DNA of 64,000 nucleotides, from NCBI GenBank assembly GCA_050174915.1, contig JBFXJL010000002.1, positions 195,626 to 259,625 on the forward strand, in the 5' to 3' direction. Both the position numbers and the translations under genes were made by a program. The stretch is from Elusimicrobiales bacterium. Lineage in GTDB: Bacteria; Elusimicrobiota; Elusimicrobia; Elusimicrobiales; UBA9959. A model generated the notes under the pieces. It did not search any database, had not been told where the DNA came from, and saw only the letters and a program-made list of their open reading frames with translations. Of the stretch, positions 51,871 to 61,159 are shown one piece after another. How positions within the stretch are numbered: the first letter of the stretch is position 1; each line of letters opens with the position of its first letter.

Positions 51871-54800
51871 CTAGGCGGCGGCTTGTTCCTTCTTTTTGCC
51901 GCCCATGTATTTCTTCCTGAACCAGATCTCGAAGTCGTCCATCAGCGAGTAAGTCACCGGCGTCATCAGCAGCGTGATGAGCAGCGACAGAGTCTGGCCG
52001 CCGATGATGACCATGGCCATGGTGCGGCGCGTGCCCGAGCCGGCGCCCGTGCCGAGCGCCGTGGGTATCATGCCGGCTATCAGCGTCAGCGTGGTCATCA
52101 GGATGGGGCGCAGCCGGGTCTTGTTGGCTTCTATCATGGCTTGGTGGCGCGGCAGGCCCTTGGCCCGCAGGGTGTTGGTGTAGTCCACCTGCAGGATGGA
52201 GTTCTTGGTCACGATGCCGAAGAGCATGAACATGCCCATGATGGAGAACAGCGTGAGGTTCTGCCCGGTGATGAACAGCGAGATGATGGCGAACGGGATG
52301 GTCAGCGGCAGCACCACCATGATCGACACCGGGTAGACGAAGCTCTCGAACTGGCTGGCCAGCACGATGTAGATGAAGATGAAGGCCAGGGCGAAGGCTA
52401 TGCCGAACTCCTTGAGCATGTTGCCCAGCTCCTTGGCGCGGCCGTAGATGCCGGCCCGGTATTCCGGCGGGGCGTTCAGTTCCTTGAAAGCCTTCTCGGC
52501 TTCGGCGATGAGTTTGTTCACCGGGATGCCGTCCACGTTGGCCGTCACCTGCACGTTGCGCTGGCGGTTGTAGCGGGCGATCTGCGTGGGGCCCACGCCT
52601 TCGCTCACGCGTGCCACGCTGTCGAGGCGCGTCACGCGGCCGCCGCTAGCGGGCACCATCAGCGCCTCTATGGCCTCCATGCGGTCGCGGAAACCTTCCT
52701 CGGCGCGCAGGCGCACCTGGTAAAGTTCGTCGCCGTCCTTGAACTTGGTGATGTCCTCCTCGCCGCCCACCAGGGTGCGCAGCGAGGTGGCGATATCTTC
52801 CACTTTAACGCCCAGGTCATGCGCGCGGCTGCGGTCGATCTCCACGCGGTACTCGGGCTTGGCGTAGGAGAAACTGGTGTCCACGTCCACCGCGCCCTTC
52901 ACCTTGCGCACCTTTTCGGCCACGGCGTTGGAATATTCCTCCAGCTTTGCCAGGTCGGGGCCGGAGATGTTGTACATCAGCTCGGCGTCGCCGCCGCCGA
53001 AGCCGCCGGCGGGCATCACGGCCACGCGCAGGCCCTTGTACTTGCTCATCATCTCGCGCGAAGCGAGCAGCAGCTTCTGCATGGGCAGGTCGCGGTCGGC
53101 CAGGTCGTCGAGCTCCACCAGCACGTAGCCCTCGTTGGTGGTAGCCCCGCCGAAGTGCCCGCCCGCGCCCGTGCCGATGGAGGAAAGGATGTTCTTGACG
53201 TGCGGCAGCTGGCGCGTCTCGGTCTCCACCTGGGCGAAGATCTGTTTCATCATGCCCAGGCTGGTGCCTTCGGGGGCGGTGATGGTCACCTGGTAGAGGC
53301 CGGTGTCGTCGGCGGGCATGAAGTCCTTGCCGAGGAACATGAACAGCGGGACCATGGAGATCATTATCAGCAGGCCGTAGACCGCCATGCGCGCGCGGCG
53401 GGCCAGGGCCCATTCCAGCATCACGATATATTTAGCGGCCAGCCATTCGTTGACTCGGTCGGTGAACTGCTCGAGGCGGCTCTTGGCGCCTGGCCTGACC
53501 TTGAGGAACAGCGAGCAGAGCATGGGCGTCAGCGTCAGCGCTACGAAGACGCTGATGGCCACGGCGAAGGCGATGGTGAGGCCGTAGCTCTTAAGGAAGC
53601 GGCCGATGATGCCGCCCATGTACGCCAGCGGCACGAAGATGACCAGCAGCGCGGCCGACATGGCCACCACGGCAAAGCCTATCTCGCGCGAGCCGTCGAG
53701 CGCCGCCTTGAGCGGGCTCATCTTGTGCTCTTCCATGTGGCGGTAGATGTTCTCCAGCATCACGATGGCGTCGTCGACTACGATGCCGACGGCGATGGTG
53801 AGGCCCAGCAGGGTCATAGTGTTGATGGTGAAGCCGGCCATCTGCATGAAGATGAGCGTGCCGATGAGGGAGGTGGGGATGGCCAGCGACGAGATGATGG
53901 TGGAACGGAAGTCGCCCAGGAAGACCAGCACCATCAGCGCGGCGAACACCGCGCCCAGCACCAGGTGCTCGGTCACGGTGTTGACCGAGTCCTTGATGAA
54001 GACGCTCTGGTCGCCGATGATGGTAGTTTCCACGCCGGGCGGGATGGTGCCTTTCAGCTCCTCGATGCGCTCCTTGATGTTCTTCACCACGGCCACCGTA
54101 TTGGTGCCGGACTGTTTTTTCACCACCAGCGTGACCGAGGGCTTGCCGTTGTAGTAGGAGGCCGTGGTCATGCGCTGGCCGGTGTCTTCCACGCGGCCGA
54201 TATCGGAGACGCGCACCTGCGTGCCGTTGATGGTGGCGATGACGATGTCGTTGAAATCCTTGACGCTCCCTATGCGGCCGAGCGTGCGCAGCACGAACTC
54301 TTTTTCCTTCTGCTCCACCTTGCCGCCGGGGATCTCTATGTTCTGCTGGGTGATGGCGTCCTTCACCTGGCGGATGCTCAGGTTCATGGCGGAGAGTTTG
54401 AGCGGGTTGACCACCAGATGTATCTCGCGCTCGCGGCCGCCCACGATGTCGATGGCGCCCACGCCGCTGACGGTCTCTATGTTCTCCTTGATCTGCTTCT
54501 TGGCTATGTGGGTCAGGTCGATGAGGTCCCGGTTGCCGGAGACCACCACGTTGAGCACCGGCAGGGCGCCCATGTCCAGCTTGCCGATCACGGGCGGGTT
54601 GGTGCCCTGCGGCAGCTGGGCCAGCACGGAGTTCACCTTGTCGCGCACTTCCTGCGCGGCGATGTCGCCGTCTTTCTCCAGCGCGAACTTGATCATCACC
54701 AGCGACAGGCCCTCGTAGCTGGTGGAGTTGATGTCCTCGATGCCGGAGATCGTGTTGACGGTTTCCTCTATCTGCTTGGTGACCGAGGATTCCATCTCCT

Positions 54801-54969
54801 CGGGGCCGGCGCCGCGCAGCGTGGTCTGCACCATCACGTACGGGAACTCCACGTTGGGCATGAGGTCTATGCCGAGGCGCAGGTAGGCGAAGGCGCCCAG
54901 CACCACCACGGTGAGTATCATCATCGTGGTAAAGACGGGTTTCTGGATCGAGATCTCTGTGATTTTCAT
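51871..54969 (-). CDS. RND efflux transporter permease (AcrB/HAE1-like)
   Basis: 1032 aa. Twelve-TM architecture with two large periplasmic loops. The N-terminus SIQKPVFTTMMILTVVVLG is typical. The +strand 1038-aa ORF 51859..54975 is its low-complexity shadow. Confidence 0.9.
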   Translation of the reverse strand: MKITEISIQKPVFTTMMILTVVVLGAFAYLRLGIDLMPNVEFPYVMVQTTLRGAGPEEMESSVTKQIEETVNTISGIEDINSTSYEGLSLVMIKFALEKDGDIAAQEVRDKVNSVLAQLPQGTNPPVIGKLDMGALPVLNVVVSGNRDLIDLTHIAKKQIKENIETVSGVGAIDIVGGREREIHLVVNPLKLSAMNLSIRQVKDAITQQNIEIPGGKVEQKEKEFVLRTLGRIGSVKDFNDIVIATINGTQVRVSDIGRVEDTGQRMTTASYYNGKPSVTLVVKKQSGTNTVAVVKNIKERIEELKGTIPPGVETTIIGDQSVFIKDSVNTVTEHLVLGAVFAALMVLVFLGDFRSTIISSLAIPTSLIGTLIFMQMAGFTINTMTLLGLTIAVGIVVDDAIVMLENIYRHMEEHKMSPLKAALDGSREIGFAVVAMSAALLVIFVPLAYMGGIIGRFLKSYGLTIAFAVAISVFVALTLTPMLCSLFLKVRPGAKSRLEQFTDRVNEWLAAKYIVMLEWALARRARMAVYGLLIMISMVPLFMFLGKDFMPADDTGLYQVTITAPEGTSLGMMKQIFAQVETETRQLPHVKNILSSIGTGAGGHFGGATTNEGYVLVELDDLADRDLPMQKLLLASREMMSKYKGLRVAVMPAGGFGGGDAELMYNISGPDLAKLEEYSNAVAEKVRKVKGAVDVDTSFSYAKPEYRVEIDRSRAHDLGVKVEDIATSLRTLVGGEEDITKFKDGDELYQVRLRAEEGFRDRMEAIEALMVPASGGRVTRLDSVARVSEGVGPTQIARYNRQRNVQVTANVDGIPVNKLIAEAEKAFKELNAPPEYRAGIYGRAKELGNMLKEFGIAFALAFIFIYIVLASQFESFVYPVSIMVVLPLTIPFAIISLFITGQNLTLFSIMGMFMLFGIVTKNSILQVDYTNTLRAKGLPRHQAMIEANKTRLRPILMTTLTLIAGMIPTALGTGAGSGTRRTMAMVIIGGQTLSLLITLLMTPVTYSLMDDFEIWFRKKYMGGKKKEQAAA

Positions 54970-55020
54970 GGTTAGCTCTTTATAACGGCGTAAGGAAAGC
55001 CGGCGCTGCCGGCGGCTGCG

Positions 55021-55908
55021 TCAATTCTGCACTTTTATCTTGCTGCCTTCCTTGAGGCCGTAGAGGCCGAAGGTGATGACGTCCGAACCTTCCTTGAGGC
55101 CGCTGACCTGCGTGAACTCGCTGGTCCTGATGCCGGTCTTCACCGGCAGGCGGGCCGCCAGGCCGCCGTCGGCCGGCACGAAGACGAAGTCGCCGCCGTC
55201 CTGGCTGACCACGGCGCCGGCCGGCACGGAGAGGGCCGCGCCGCGCGAGGCGACGATCAGGCGCACCTCGGCGAACATGCCGGATTTAAGGCGGGCGTCG
55301 GCGTTGTCCACCAGCACTTCCACCACGGTATTGCGCGAGCGCGAGTCCACCACGGGGCTCACCCGGTAGACCTTGCCGCTGAAATTGCGGTCGGGGAAGG
55401 CGTCCACTTTTATGACGGCCGCCTGGTCCCTGAAGACCTTGCCGATGTACTTCTCGGGCACGTCCACGGCCACGCGCACCTGGCTCTGGTTGACCACGAG
55501 GGCGATGGGCGTCTGGGGCGTCACGGTGGCGCCCGAATCCTGGTAGACGCGGCCCACCACGCCGGTCAGCGTGGACGGCACCGGGGCGGGCTCGTAGACC
55601 ACGCCGGGCTCGTCGCGCTCCACCAGCGCCACGGCCTCGTCCTTCTTCACCTGGTCGCCCTCCTTGAGCACGTTGCGCAGCAGCTTGCCGGAGATGCGCG
55701 GGTAGAGAGTGGCTTCGTCGAGCGCCTTCACGGAGCCGGTCAGCAGGATATATTCCTGCAGGTTGCGGACGGCGACCTTCTCGGTCTTGACCAGGAAGCG
55801 GTCCTTCTCCACGTTGTTGAGGGCCTCGGCCGCCTTGTTCTTGCAGCCGGCGGCCGGCAGAGCCGCGGCCAGCGTGAGGATGAGTAAGTTGAGTTTCGCG
55901 TTTTTCAT
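55021..55908 (-). CDS. RND efflux periplasmic adaptor (membrane fusion protein), lipoprotein
   Basis: The start was moved to MKNAKLNLLILTLAAALPAAGC (lipobox). HlyD-like barrel-sandwich and beta-barrel segments are present. Confidence 0.85.
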   Translation of the reverse strand: MKNAKLNLLILTLAAALPAAGCKNKAAEALNNVEKDRFLVKTEKVAVRNLQEYILLTGSVKALDEATLYPRISGKLLRNVLKEGDQVKKDEAVALVERDEPGVVYEPAPVPSTLTGVVGRVYQDSGATVTPQTPIALVVNQSQVRVAVDVPEKYIGKVFRDQAAVIKVDAFPDRNFSGKVYRVSPVVDSRSRNTVVEVLVDNADARLKSGMFAEVRLIVASRGAALSVPAGAVVSQDGGDFVFVPADGGLAARLPVKTGIRTSEFTQVSGLKEGSDVITFGLYGLKEGSKIKVQN

Positions 55909-55928
55909 ATATTTTCCTTGAAGTCCGA

Positions 55929-57806
55929 CTATTCGCCGAGCGCCCATTTCAGCTGCGCGTCCGCCGAGCAGGCGTCGTGCTGGGCCTGGTTATAAAGGGT
56001 CTGCGCCCTGGCCAGGGCCAGGGTGGCGTCGTTGAGTTCCAGCTGGCCGGCCAGGCCGTTCTTGAACCGCACCTCGGTGGCCGCCACGGCCTTCCGGGCC
56101 TGTTCCACGGCGGTGCCCTGCGAGCCTAGCCGTTCCGCGGCTTCCTTCAGCGAGAGCCAGGATTTCTTCAGGTCTATCTTCACCCTGCGCTCCATCTCGC
56201 GCAGGTTGTTGTCGGCGATGTTCGCCTGCAGTTTCGCCTGGCTGGTGCGGGAGCTGGTGGAGCCGCCCGCGAACAGCGGCAGCGAGAGGCGCAGCCCGGC
56301 GGTGGTGCTCCAGCTCTGGTCCCCGGAGGAGGGGAAACCGGAGTCGGCCTGCCCCTGGAAAGCCCGGCTGGCGAAGGCGCTCAGGTACGGGAAATGCCCG
56401 GCGCGCTCTATGCTGATCATCTCGCGGTACAGGTCGCGCTGGTATTTCATGTTGCGGTAGTCCGGCCGCGCCGCCAGGCCCGCCTTGTAAAGTTCGTTTA
56501 TGTCGCCGGGGGCGCGCTGGCCGCAGTTGAAGCCGTCCGCAAGGTCTATTTCCGTTTCCGGGTCCAGGCCGATGAGGTTCTTCAGTTCTACCAGGCCTAT
56601 CTCGTAGAGGTTCTGCGCCTGCGTCAGGGCGGGCTGGGTATTGGAGACTTCTACCTGCTGGCGCAGCAGGGCCAGGTCGCTGGCTATGCCCTGCTTATAC
56701 TGCGCCTCTATCGTGGCTAAATGCTGGCGCGCGAGATCCAGGGACTCTTTCTGCACCGCGGTCATGGCCTTGGCCAGCAGCACCGAGTAGTAAACCTGTT
56801 TCACCGAGCGGGCCACGGCTTTCTGCGCCGTCTTCAGCTGCTCCTCGCTGGCGCTGGCGTAGATGTTGGCCATCTTGATGCCGGTGTATACCTTGCCGCC
56901 GGCCCACAGCACCTGGGTGGCGTCGAGCGAGGCCGAGTAGACGTTGTTGAGGCCGGATTTTATCTTGGTGCCCCCGATGAAGAAGGAGGGGGATTCGAGG
57001 TTGCGGGTGTACTGGGCGGACAGGCCGACCTGGGGGAAGACCGTGCCCCAGTACTCGCTCACCTTCTCCTTATATATGCGGCGCGTCTCTTCGGCGGTCA
57101 CCACGGTGGCGTTGTTCTTCAGGGCCGCGCTGACCGCGTCTTCCAGGGTTAGCTGCTGCGGGGCGGCGGCGGCCAGCAGCGGGGAGAGCAGCAGGATGAC
57201 GAGCGCGGTTTTCAGGGACCGGGCGCCGGAAACTATCAGCTTGGCGAGGCGGCCGGGCAGGCCCTTGTCCAGGCTGGCTACGCCGTTCTCGCGGGCTTCC
57301 ATCATGAAGTAGCCTATCACGGCGCTGATCATGTGGATGATGTTCGCGGCGCCCTGGCGGGGGAGCACCTCTTTCTCCAGCATCACGCGAAGGGCCGCCC
57401 GGTTGCGCTGCTTGAGTTCCCTGGCCATGGAGGCGAGCACGCTGTCGGAGGGGGAGGCCATGATCTTCATGGCGCATTTGGGCATATCCGGGTAGCGCCG
57501 TATGAAAGCCAGGTGATTGGAGAAGATCTTCTCCAGGCGCTGTTCCAGCGTCAGGCCCGGCTTGCTGATGCAGTCATGCAGCTCCTGGAAGTGCTTGGTG
57601 CCCTCCAGGAAGGTGGCCTTTATCAGCTCGTCCTTGTTCTTGAAATAGTAGTAGAGCACCGGCTTGGTGATCTTGAGCTTGGCCGAGATCTCCCTCATGG
57701 AGACCGCGTCGGGGCCTTTCTCGGCCATCAGTTCTACCGTCGCGTCCAGTATGCGCTGGCGGGTCTTGTCGCCCTTGGTGATCTTGAGTGCGGGTTGTTT
57801 GGTCAT
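55929..57806 (-). CDS. single ORF fusing a TetR-family regulator (aa ~1-195) to a signal-peptide-bearing TolC-family outer-membrane factor (aa ~198-625)
   Basis: Start at MTKQPALKITKGDKTRQRILDATVELMAEKGPDAVSMREISAKLKITKPVLYYYF (TetR HTH). With no intervening stop, the ORF continues into SLKTALVILLLSPLLAAAAPQQLTLEDAVSAALKNN..., a full-length TolC/OprM-type sequence with its two repeat halves. Confidence 0.7.
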   Translation of the reverse strand: MTKQPALKITKGDKTRQRILDATVELMAEKGPDAVSMREISAKLKITKPVLYYYFKNKDELIKATFLEGTKHFQELHDCISKPGLTLEQRLEKIFSNHLAFIRRYPDMPKCAMKIMASPSDSVLASMARELKQRNRAALRVMLEKEVLPRQGAANIIHMISAVIGYFMMEARENGVASLDKGLPGRLAKLIVSGARSLKTALVILLLSPLLAAAAPQQLTLEDAVSAALKNNATVVTAEETRRIYKEKVSEYWGTVFPQVGLSAQYTRNLESPSFFIGGTKIKSGLNNVYSASLDATQVLWAGGKVYTGIKMANIYASASEEQLKTAQKAVARSVKQVYYSVLLAKAMTAVQKESLDLARQHLATIEAQYKQGIASDLALLRQQVEVSNTQPALTQAQNLYEIGLVELKNLIGLDPETEIDLADGFNCGQRAPGDINELYKAGLAARPDYRNMKYQRDLYREMISIERAGHFPYLSAFASRAFQGQADSGFPSSGDQSWSTTAGLRLSLPLFAGGSTSSRTSQAKLQANIADNNLREMERRVKIDLKKSWLSLKEAAERLGSQGTAVEQARKAVAATEVRFKNGLAGQLELNDATLALARAQTLYNQAQHDACSADAQLKWALGE

Positions 57807-57968
57807 AAGAAACTTACCTACCGGTAAATAAATTATATCAGAGCCGCCCGTGTGTGTCAACCTGCCCAAAAGGCCCAGGCGGGCCTGGGCCTTTTTCTTT
57901 CCGCCGGTTGGGCCCTATGCCTCTATTGTCTTTGGTCAAGGTTGTATAAAATAAAAAGGTAGTCGCAG

Positions 57969-58064
57969 CCCTTGTAATCCCCCGATCAGGCGGGGGAGCA
58001 TCCACCGGCGGGCCTTAACCCGCTGTAACCAGGGGAAACGAACTCCGTTCGTTTCTCTTTTTTT
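57969..58064 (+). promoter_or_regulatory. purine-riboswitch-like three-way-junction aptamer (variant pocket) plus intrinsic terminator
   Basis: P1 is CCCUUG (57969-57974) / CAGGGG (58030-58035). J1/2 is UAAU. P2 is CCCCCG/CGGGGG with loop AUCAGG. J2/3 is AGCAUCCAC. P3 is CGGCGGG/CCCGCUG with loop CCUUAA. J3/1 is UAAC. This is followed by GAAACGAAC-UCC-GUUCGUUUC and U7 (58035-58064), 12 nt before ATG 58076. Confidence 0.45.
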
Positions 58065-58075
58065 ATTTTGGTCGG

Positions 58076-58969
58076 ATGAAAACACGAATGAACAAAACCC
58101 TGCTCTTCTCCCTCCTTTTCCCGGCGCTGGCCGCCGCCGCCGCCGCGCAGGCCGGCCTTTCGGCCGGCGACCCCCTGGCCGGCACCGGCCCCTTCTCGGA
58201 CCCGGCCTTCCAGGACTGCCTGGAAACCTCCGAAGACGGCTACCTGAATTCCAAGAATACGATGAACGTGCGCACCGACTTCCGGGATTTCCGCGACGCC
58301 GTCATCTCCGCCCCCGTAGTGTCCCTCAAGACCCCTCCGCCCGCCGCGGCCGTTCGTCCCCGGCCCGAGGACAGGGCGGGCTTGCCGGTGCTGCCCGCCG
58401 GCCACTACAAGGTTACTTTCGCCGGGGAAAGCGGTCCGGTAGGCTCTTACGTGCGCCCGCTCAACGGAGCCGGCGCCCGCTACGCGAGGGAATATGTGCT
58501 GCTGGGCGTTTCCGTGAAGGGCGACTCCTACGAAAAATTGCTTCCCAGGCTGGAGGCCGTCGGCCTGCGTTTCGCGGGCGAAAAGACCTCTTATTCCGCC
58601 AGGAACAAAAGAACCGTGATCCTGGGCTGGGCCCCTCTCGCCAGCCTGCACCGCATCTCCAAGGTGGAGGGCGTGGCCGGCGTGGTGGTTGAGAAACGCA
58701 GCTCGGGCGTGCCGCTCAAGGCCCGCGTGCGCTTCACGCTTAAAGTGCCCTACCAGAACAAGCCCAACGCTTTCGTCCCGACCTTCCTCAAGCGCCTTAC
58801 CGACGAGGGCGGTTTCGCCGCGGAGAACTGGTTCCGGCTGCCCCAGAAGGGCGCGGATTCCCGCTTCAGCGTGTTCGACGTGACCGGCACGATGCCGGTG
58901 GACATGATAGGCGAGCTCTCCCGCTCCCCGTTCGTGGCCTCCGTGGAATTCAACGACAATTCCCTCTAA
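58076..58969 (+). CDS. secreted hypothetical protein
   Basis: 297 aa. Signal peptide MKTRMNKTLLFSLLFPALAAAAAAQA. No family recognised. The minus-strand ORF 57986..59149 is a shadow. Confidence 0.55.
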   Translation: MKTRMNKTLLFSLLFPALAAAAAAQAGLSAGDPLAGTGPFSDPAFQDCLETSEDGYLNSKNTMNVRTDFRDFRDAVISAPVVSLKTPPPAAAVRPRPEDRAGLPVLPAGHYKVTFAGESGPVGSYVRPLNGAGARYAREYVLLGVSVKGDSYEKLLPRLEAVGLRFAGEKTSYSARNKRTVILGWAPLASLHRISKVEGVAGVVVEKRSSGVPLKARVRFTLKVPYQNKPNAFVPTFLKRLTDEGGFAAENWFRLPQKGADSRFSVFDVTGTMPVDMIGELSRSPFVASVEFNDNSL

Positions 58970-58994
58970 GCCCGGGCGCCAGCCGCGCTCCTGC

Positions 58995-59020
58995 GGGCCG
59001 CTCCGGCGGCCCGTTTTTTT
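58995..59020 (+). terminator. intrinsic terminator
   Basis: GGGCCGC-TCCG-GCGGCCC-G-T7. Confidence 0.7.
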
Positions 59021-59096
59021 GCCCTGCCGATAAAAGTTATAATTAAGCCTCGGGCAGCGCCGGCGCGGTACCGCCGCCGGCCGCCCCGGTGCAATT

Positions 59097-59894
59097 ATGG
59101 ACGAACACAAACATTCAAACGACGCGCGCCGCGCGCACAAGCCGCGCAAGGGCTACCGGGTGGTCTTCCTGCTGGCCTTCTCCGCCGGCCTGCTGGCAGA
59201 AATGCTGTTTTTCCTCCAGGCGCAGATGCGCGAGATAACGACGCTGCTTAAAGAGGATTTCCGCATCGTAGTGGTAAAAGACCAGCGCTCCAAGGAGTCC
59301 CCCGAGACCGTCACCGCCGCCCTCGCCGCCATCAACGGCACCGAGCAGGCCGTTTTCGTCAGCCGCCAGGACCGCCTGGCGCGCCTGAAGGCCGAAGAGC
59401 CCGAGCTGGTGACCGCCGTGCTGCCGCCCGGCACCAACCCCATGCCCGACACCTGGGAAGTGATCATCCGCGAGGAGTCGCTCGGCGACATCAACGCCTG
59501 GACAGACGCCGCCTGGCGCGTGCCGGGCGTGGGCGACATTAAGTATAAGCCGCTCGAGGCCTACGCTATAATGCACTCCGTCTTCTACGGCCACCTGATA
59601 ACCCTGGGCCTGGCGCTCTCTTTCCTGGCCTTCATGATCATGGCCGCGATGACGCTGACGCACGGCCACACCCCGGCCACGCTGGCCGCCGCGCTGGGCG
59701 CGGACCGCAACTGGTACCTCGCCGGGGCCGGCGGCGGCGCGCTCTCCGTGCTGGCCGCCTACGCCGTGGTGTACCCGGTAAAGTACCTTAGCCCGGTCTG
59801 GGTCTGGCCCAACCCTGTGTGGCAGCTCGGGGTGGTCTTCTCCGGCGCCCTGCTCGGCTGGTCCCTCTGCCAGTGGAAGAACGACAAATATTAA
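59097..59894 (+). CDS. ftsX: FtsX-like cell-division permease
   Basis: 265 aa. TM1, a ~100-aa periplasmic domain, then three C-terminal TMs. It lies directly upstream of an EnvC-like gene. No ftsE is adjacent. Confidence 0.65.
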   Translation: MDEHKHSNDARRAHKPRKGYRVVFLLAFSAGLLAEMLFFLQAQMREITTLLKEDFRIVVVKDQRSKESPETVTAALAAINGTEQAVFVSRQDRLARLKAEEPELVTAVLPPGTNPMPDTWEVIIREESLGDINAWTDAAWRVPGVGDIKYKPLEAYAIMHSVFYGHLITLGLALSFLAFMIMAAMTLTHGHTPATLAAALGADRNWYLAGAGGGALSVLAAYAVVYPVKYLSPVWVWPNPVWQLGVVFSGALLGWSLCQWKNDKY

Positions 59895-59898
59895 AAAC

Positions 59899-61086
59899 AT
59901 GAGCACAGCAAAGCGCGTACCGGCCTGGCGCGCCGCCCTCCCGGCGGCCCTGGCCGCTTTGCTGCTGGCCGCCTCGCTCCCGGCGCTGTCCTCCGCGCAG
60001 GCCCAGGTGGACGCCAAAAAGAAGAACCTCGAAGAGATCAACCGCCAGCTCGACGAGAAACGCTCCGAGCTGGAGCGGCTGCGGCTGGAGGAGGAGCGTA
60101 TCGCCACCGAGCTGTCCGGACTGAAGAAAGAGGAGAAGCAGGCCGCCGTCCGGCGCAGGGAGCTGGAGGGCCAGTTGGCCGGCTCCAGGGCCCGCGCGCG
60201 AGAGGCCCGCCTGAGATACGAGTCGCTGGACAAGGCTAAAAAAAATCTCTCAGGCGATATCTCCGGAGAGCTCGTGATGTTCTCCCTGCAGAAGGATTTT
60301 TACTACCCGTATTACGGCGCGCGCGACATTTCCAAAGACATGCTGATGCGCTCGGCCATGTACAGCAAGCGGGCGCTGCTGGCCCGCATGACCGGCGAGA
60401 GCGCCCGCGTCAACAAGGACATCAGTTCGCTGGGCCGCAAGGGCGAGGAGCTGCGGTCGCGGCAGGAAGTGCTGCGGCGTCAGGGCGCGCAGAAGAAGAT
60501 GCTGATGCGGACCAAGCAGGTGGAGCTGGAGCGCGCGAGGCAGCGGCAGGCCAGCCTGAAACGGGAGCTGGAGACACTGCAGAACGCCGCGCTGGGGCTC
60601 AACCGCCTGGTCAAGAAGCTGCAGAAACAGGCCCCGTACCGCAGTACCGATTTTACCGCCGACCTGCCGGTGGCGCCGGGCTCCCTGGCCTGGCCGGCCG
60701 CCGGCCGCGTTATCAGCCGCTTCGGCCGTGAACAGATCCCCGAGCTTAAGACCTGGATAGTCCGGGAGGGCATACGCATAGCCACCGACCCGGCCGCCCC
60801 GGTGAAGCCGGCGCTGTCCGGCAAGGTCATTTACGCCGGGCCCTTCCGTACCTACGGCAACGTGGTGATAGTGGACCATGAGAAGGGCTTTTTCACGATC
60901 TACGGCTTGCTCAGCCGCATAGACGCGGCCAAGGGGCAGGCGGTCACCCCCGCCTCCGCGCTGGGCCTGGCCGGGAACGACACCCAGGCCGTCAGCTCCG
61001 GCTCCAAGGCCCCCGGCAGCGCCGTCTATTTCGAGATCCGCAAGGGCGACCGCGCCATAGACCCCCTGAAGTGGCTGCCAAATTAG
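59899..61086 (+). CDS. envC: EnvC-like murein hydrolase activator (coiled coil + degenerate LytM/M23 domain)
   Basis: 395 aa. Signal peptide, long coiled coils, and a C-terminal M23 fold lacking the catalytic His residues (GIRIATD for HxGxD; TIYGLL for TxYxHL). Confidence 0.75.
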   Translation: MSTAKRVPAWRAALPAALAALLLAASLPALSSAQAQVDAKKKNLEEINRQLDEKRSELERLRLEEERIATELSGLKKEEKQAAVRRRELEGQLAGSRARAREARLRYESLDKAKKNLSGDISGELVMFSLQKDFYYPYYGARDISKDMLMRSAMYSKRALLARMTGESARVNKDISSLGRKGEELRSRQEVLRRQGAQKKMLMRTKQVELERARQRQASLKRELETLQNAALGLNRLVKKLQKQAPYRSTDFTADLPVAPGSLAWPAAGRVISRFGREQIPELKTWIVREGIRIATDPAAPVKPALSGKVIYAGPFRTYGNVVIVDHEKGFFTIYGLLSRIDAAKGQAVTPASALGLAGNDTQAVSSGSKAPGSAVYFEIRKGDRAIDPLKWLPN

Positions 61087-61159
61087 TTATAATAAACTTA
61101 ATATAGATAGCCCGGCCGCGGCGGCCGGACTGTGCTTTGCTATGCTTGCAAGGAGCAAT

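Noticed and set aside
51859-54975. 1038-aa +strand ORF
   Set aside because: It is exactly antisense to a textbook AcrB-type RND permease. Its translation is low-complexity (H/D/G/A/R/V-rich) with no recognisable domain. This is a typical high-GC shadow ORF.
59097-59894. Absence of ftsE next to ftsX as an anomaly
   Set aside because: ftsE may simply be encoded elsewhere in the genome. This cannot be judged from one window.
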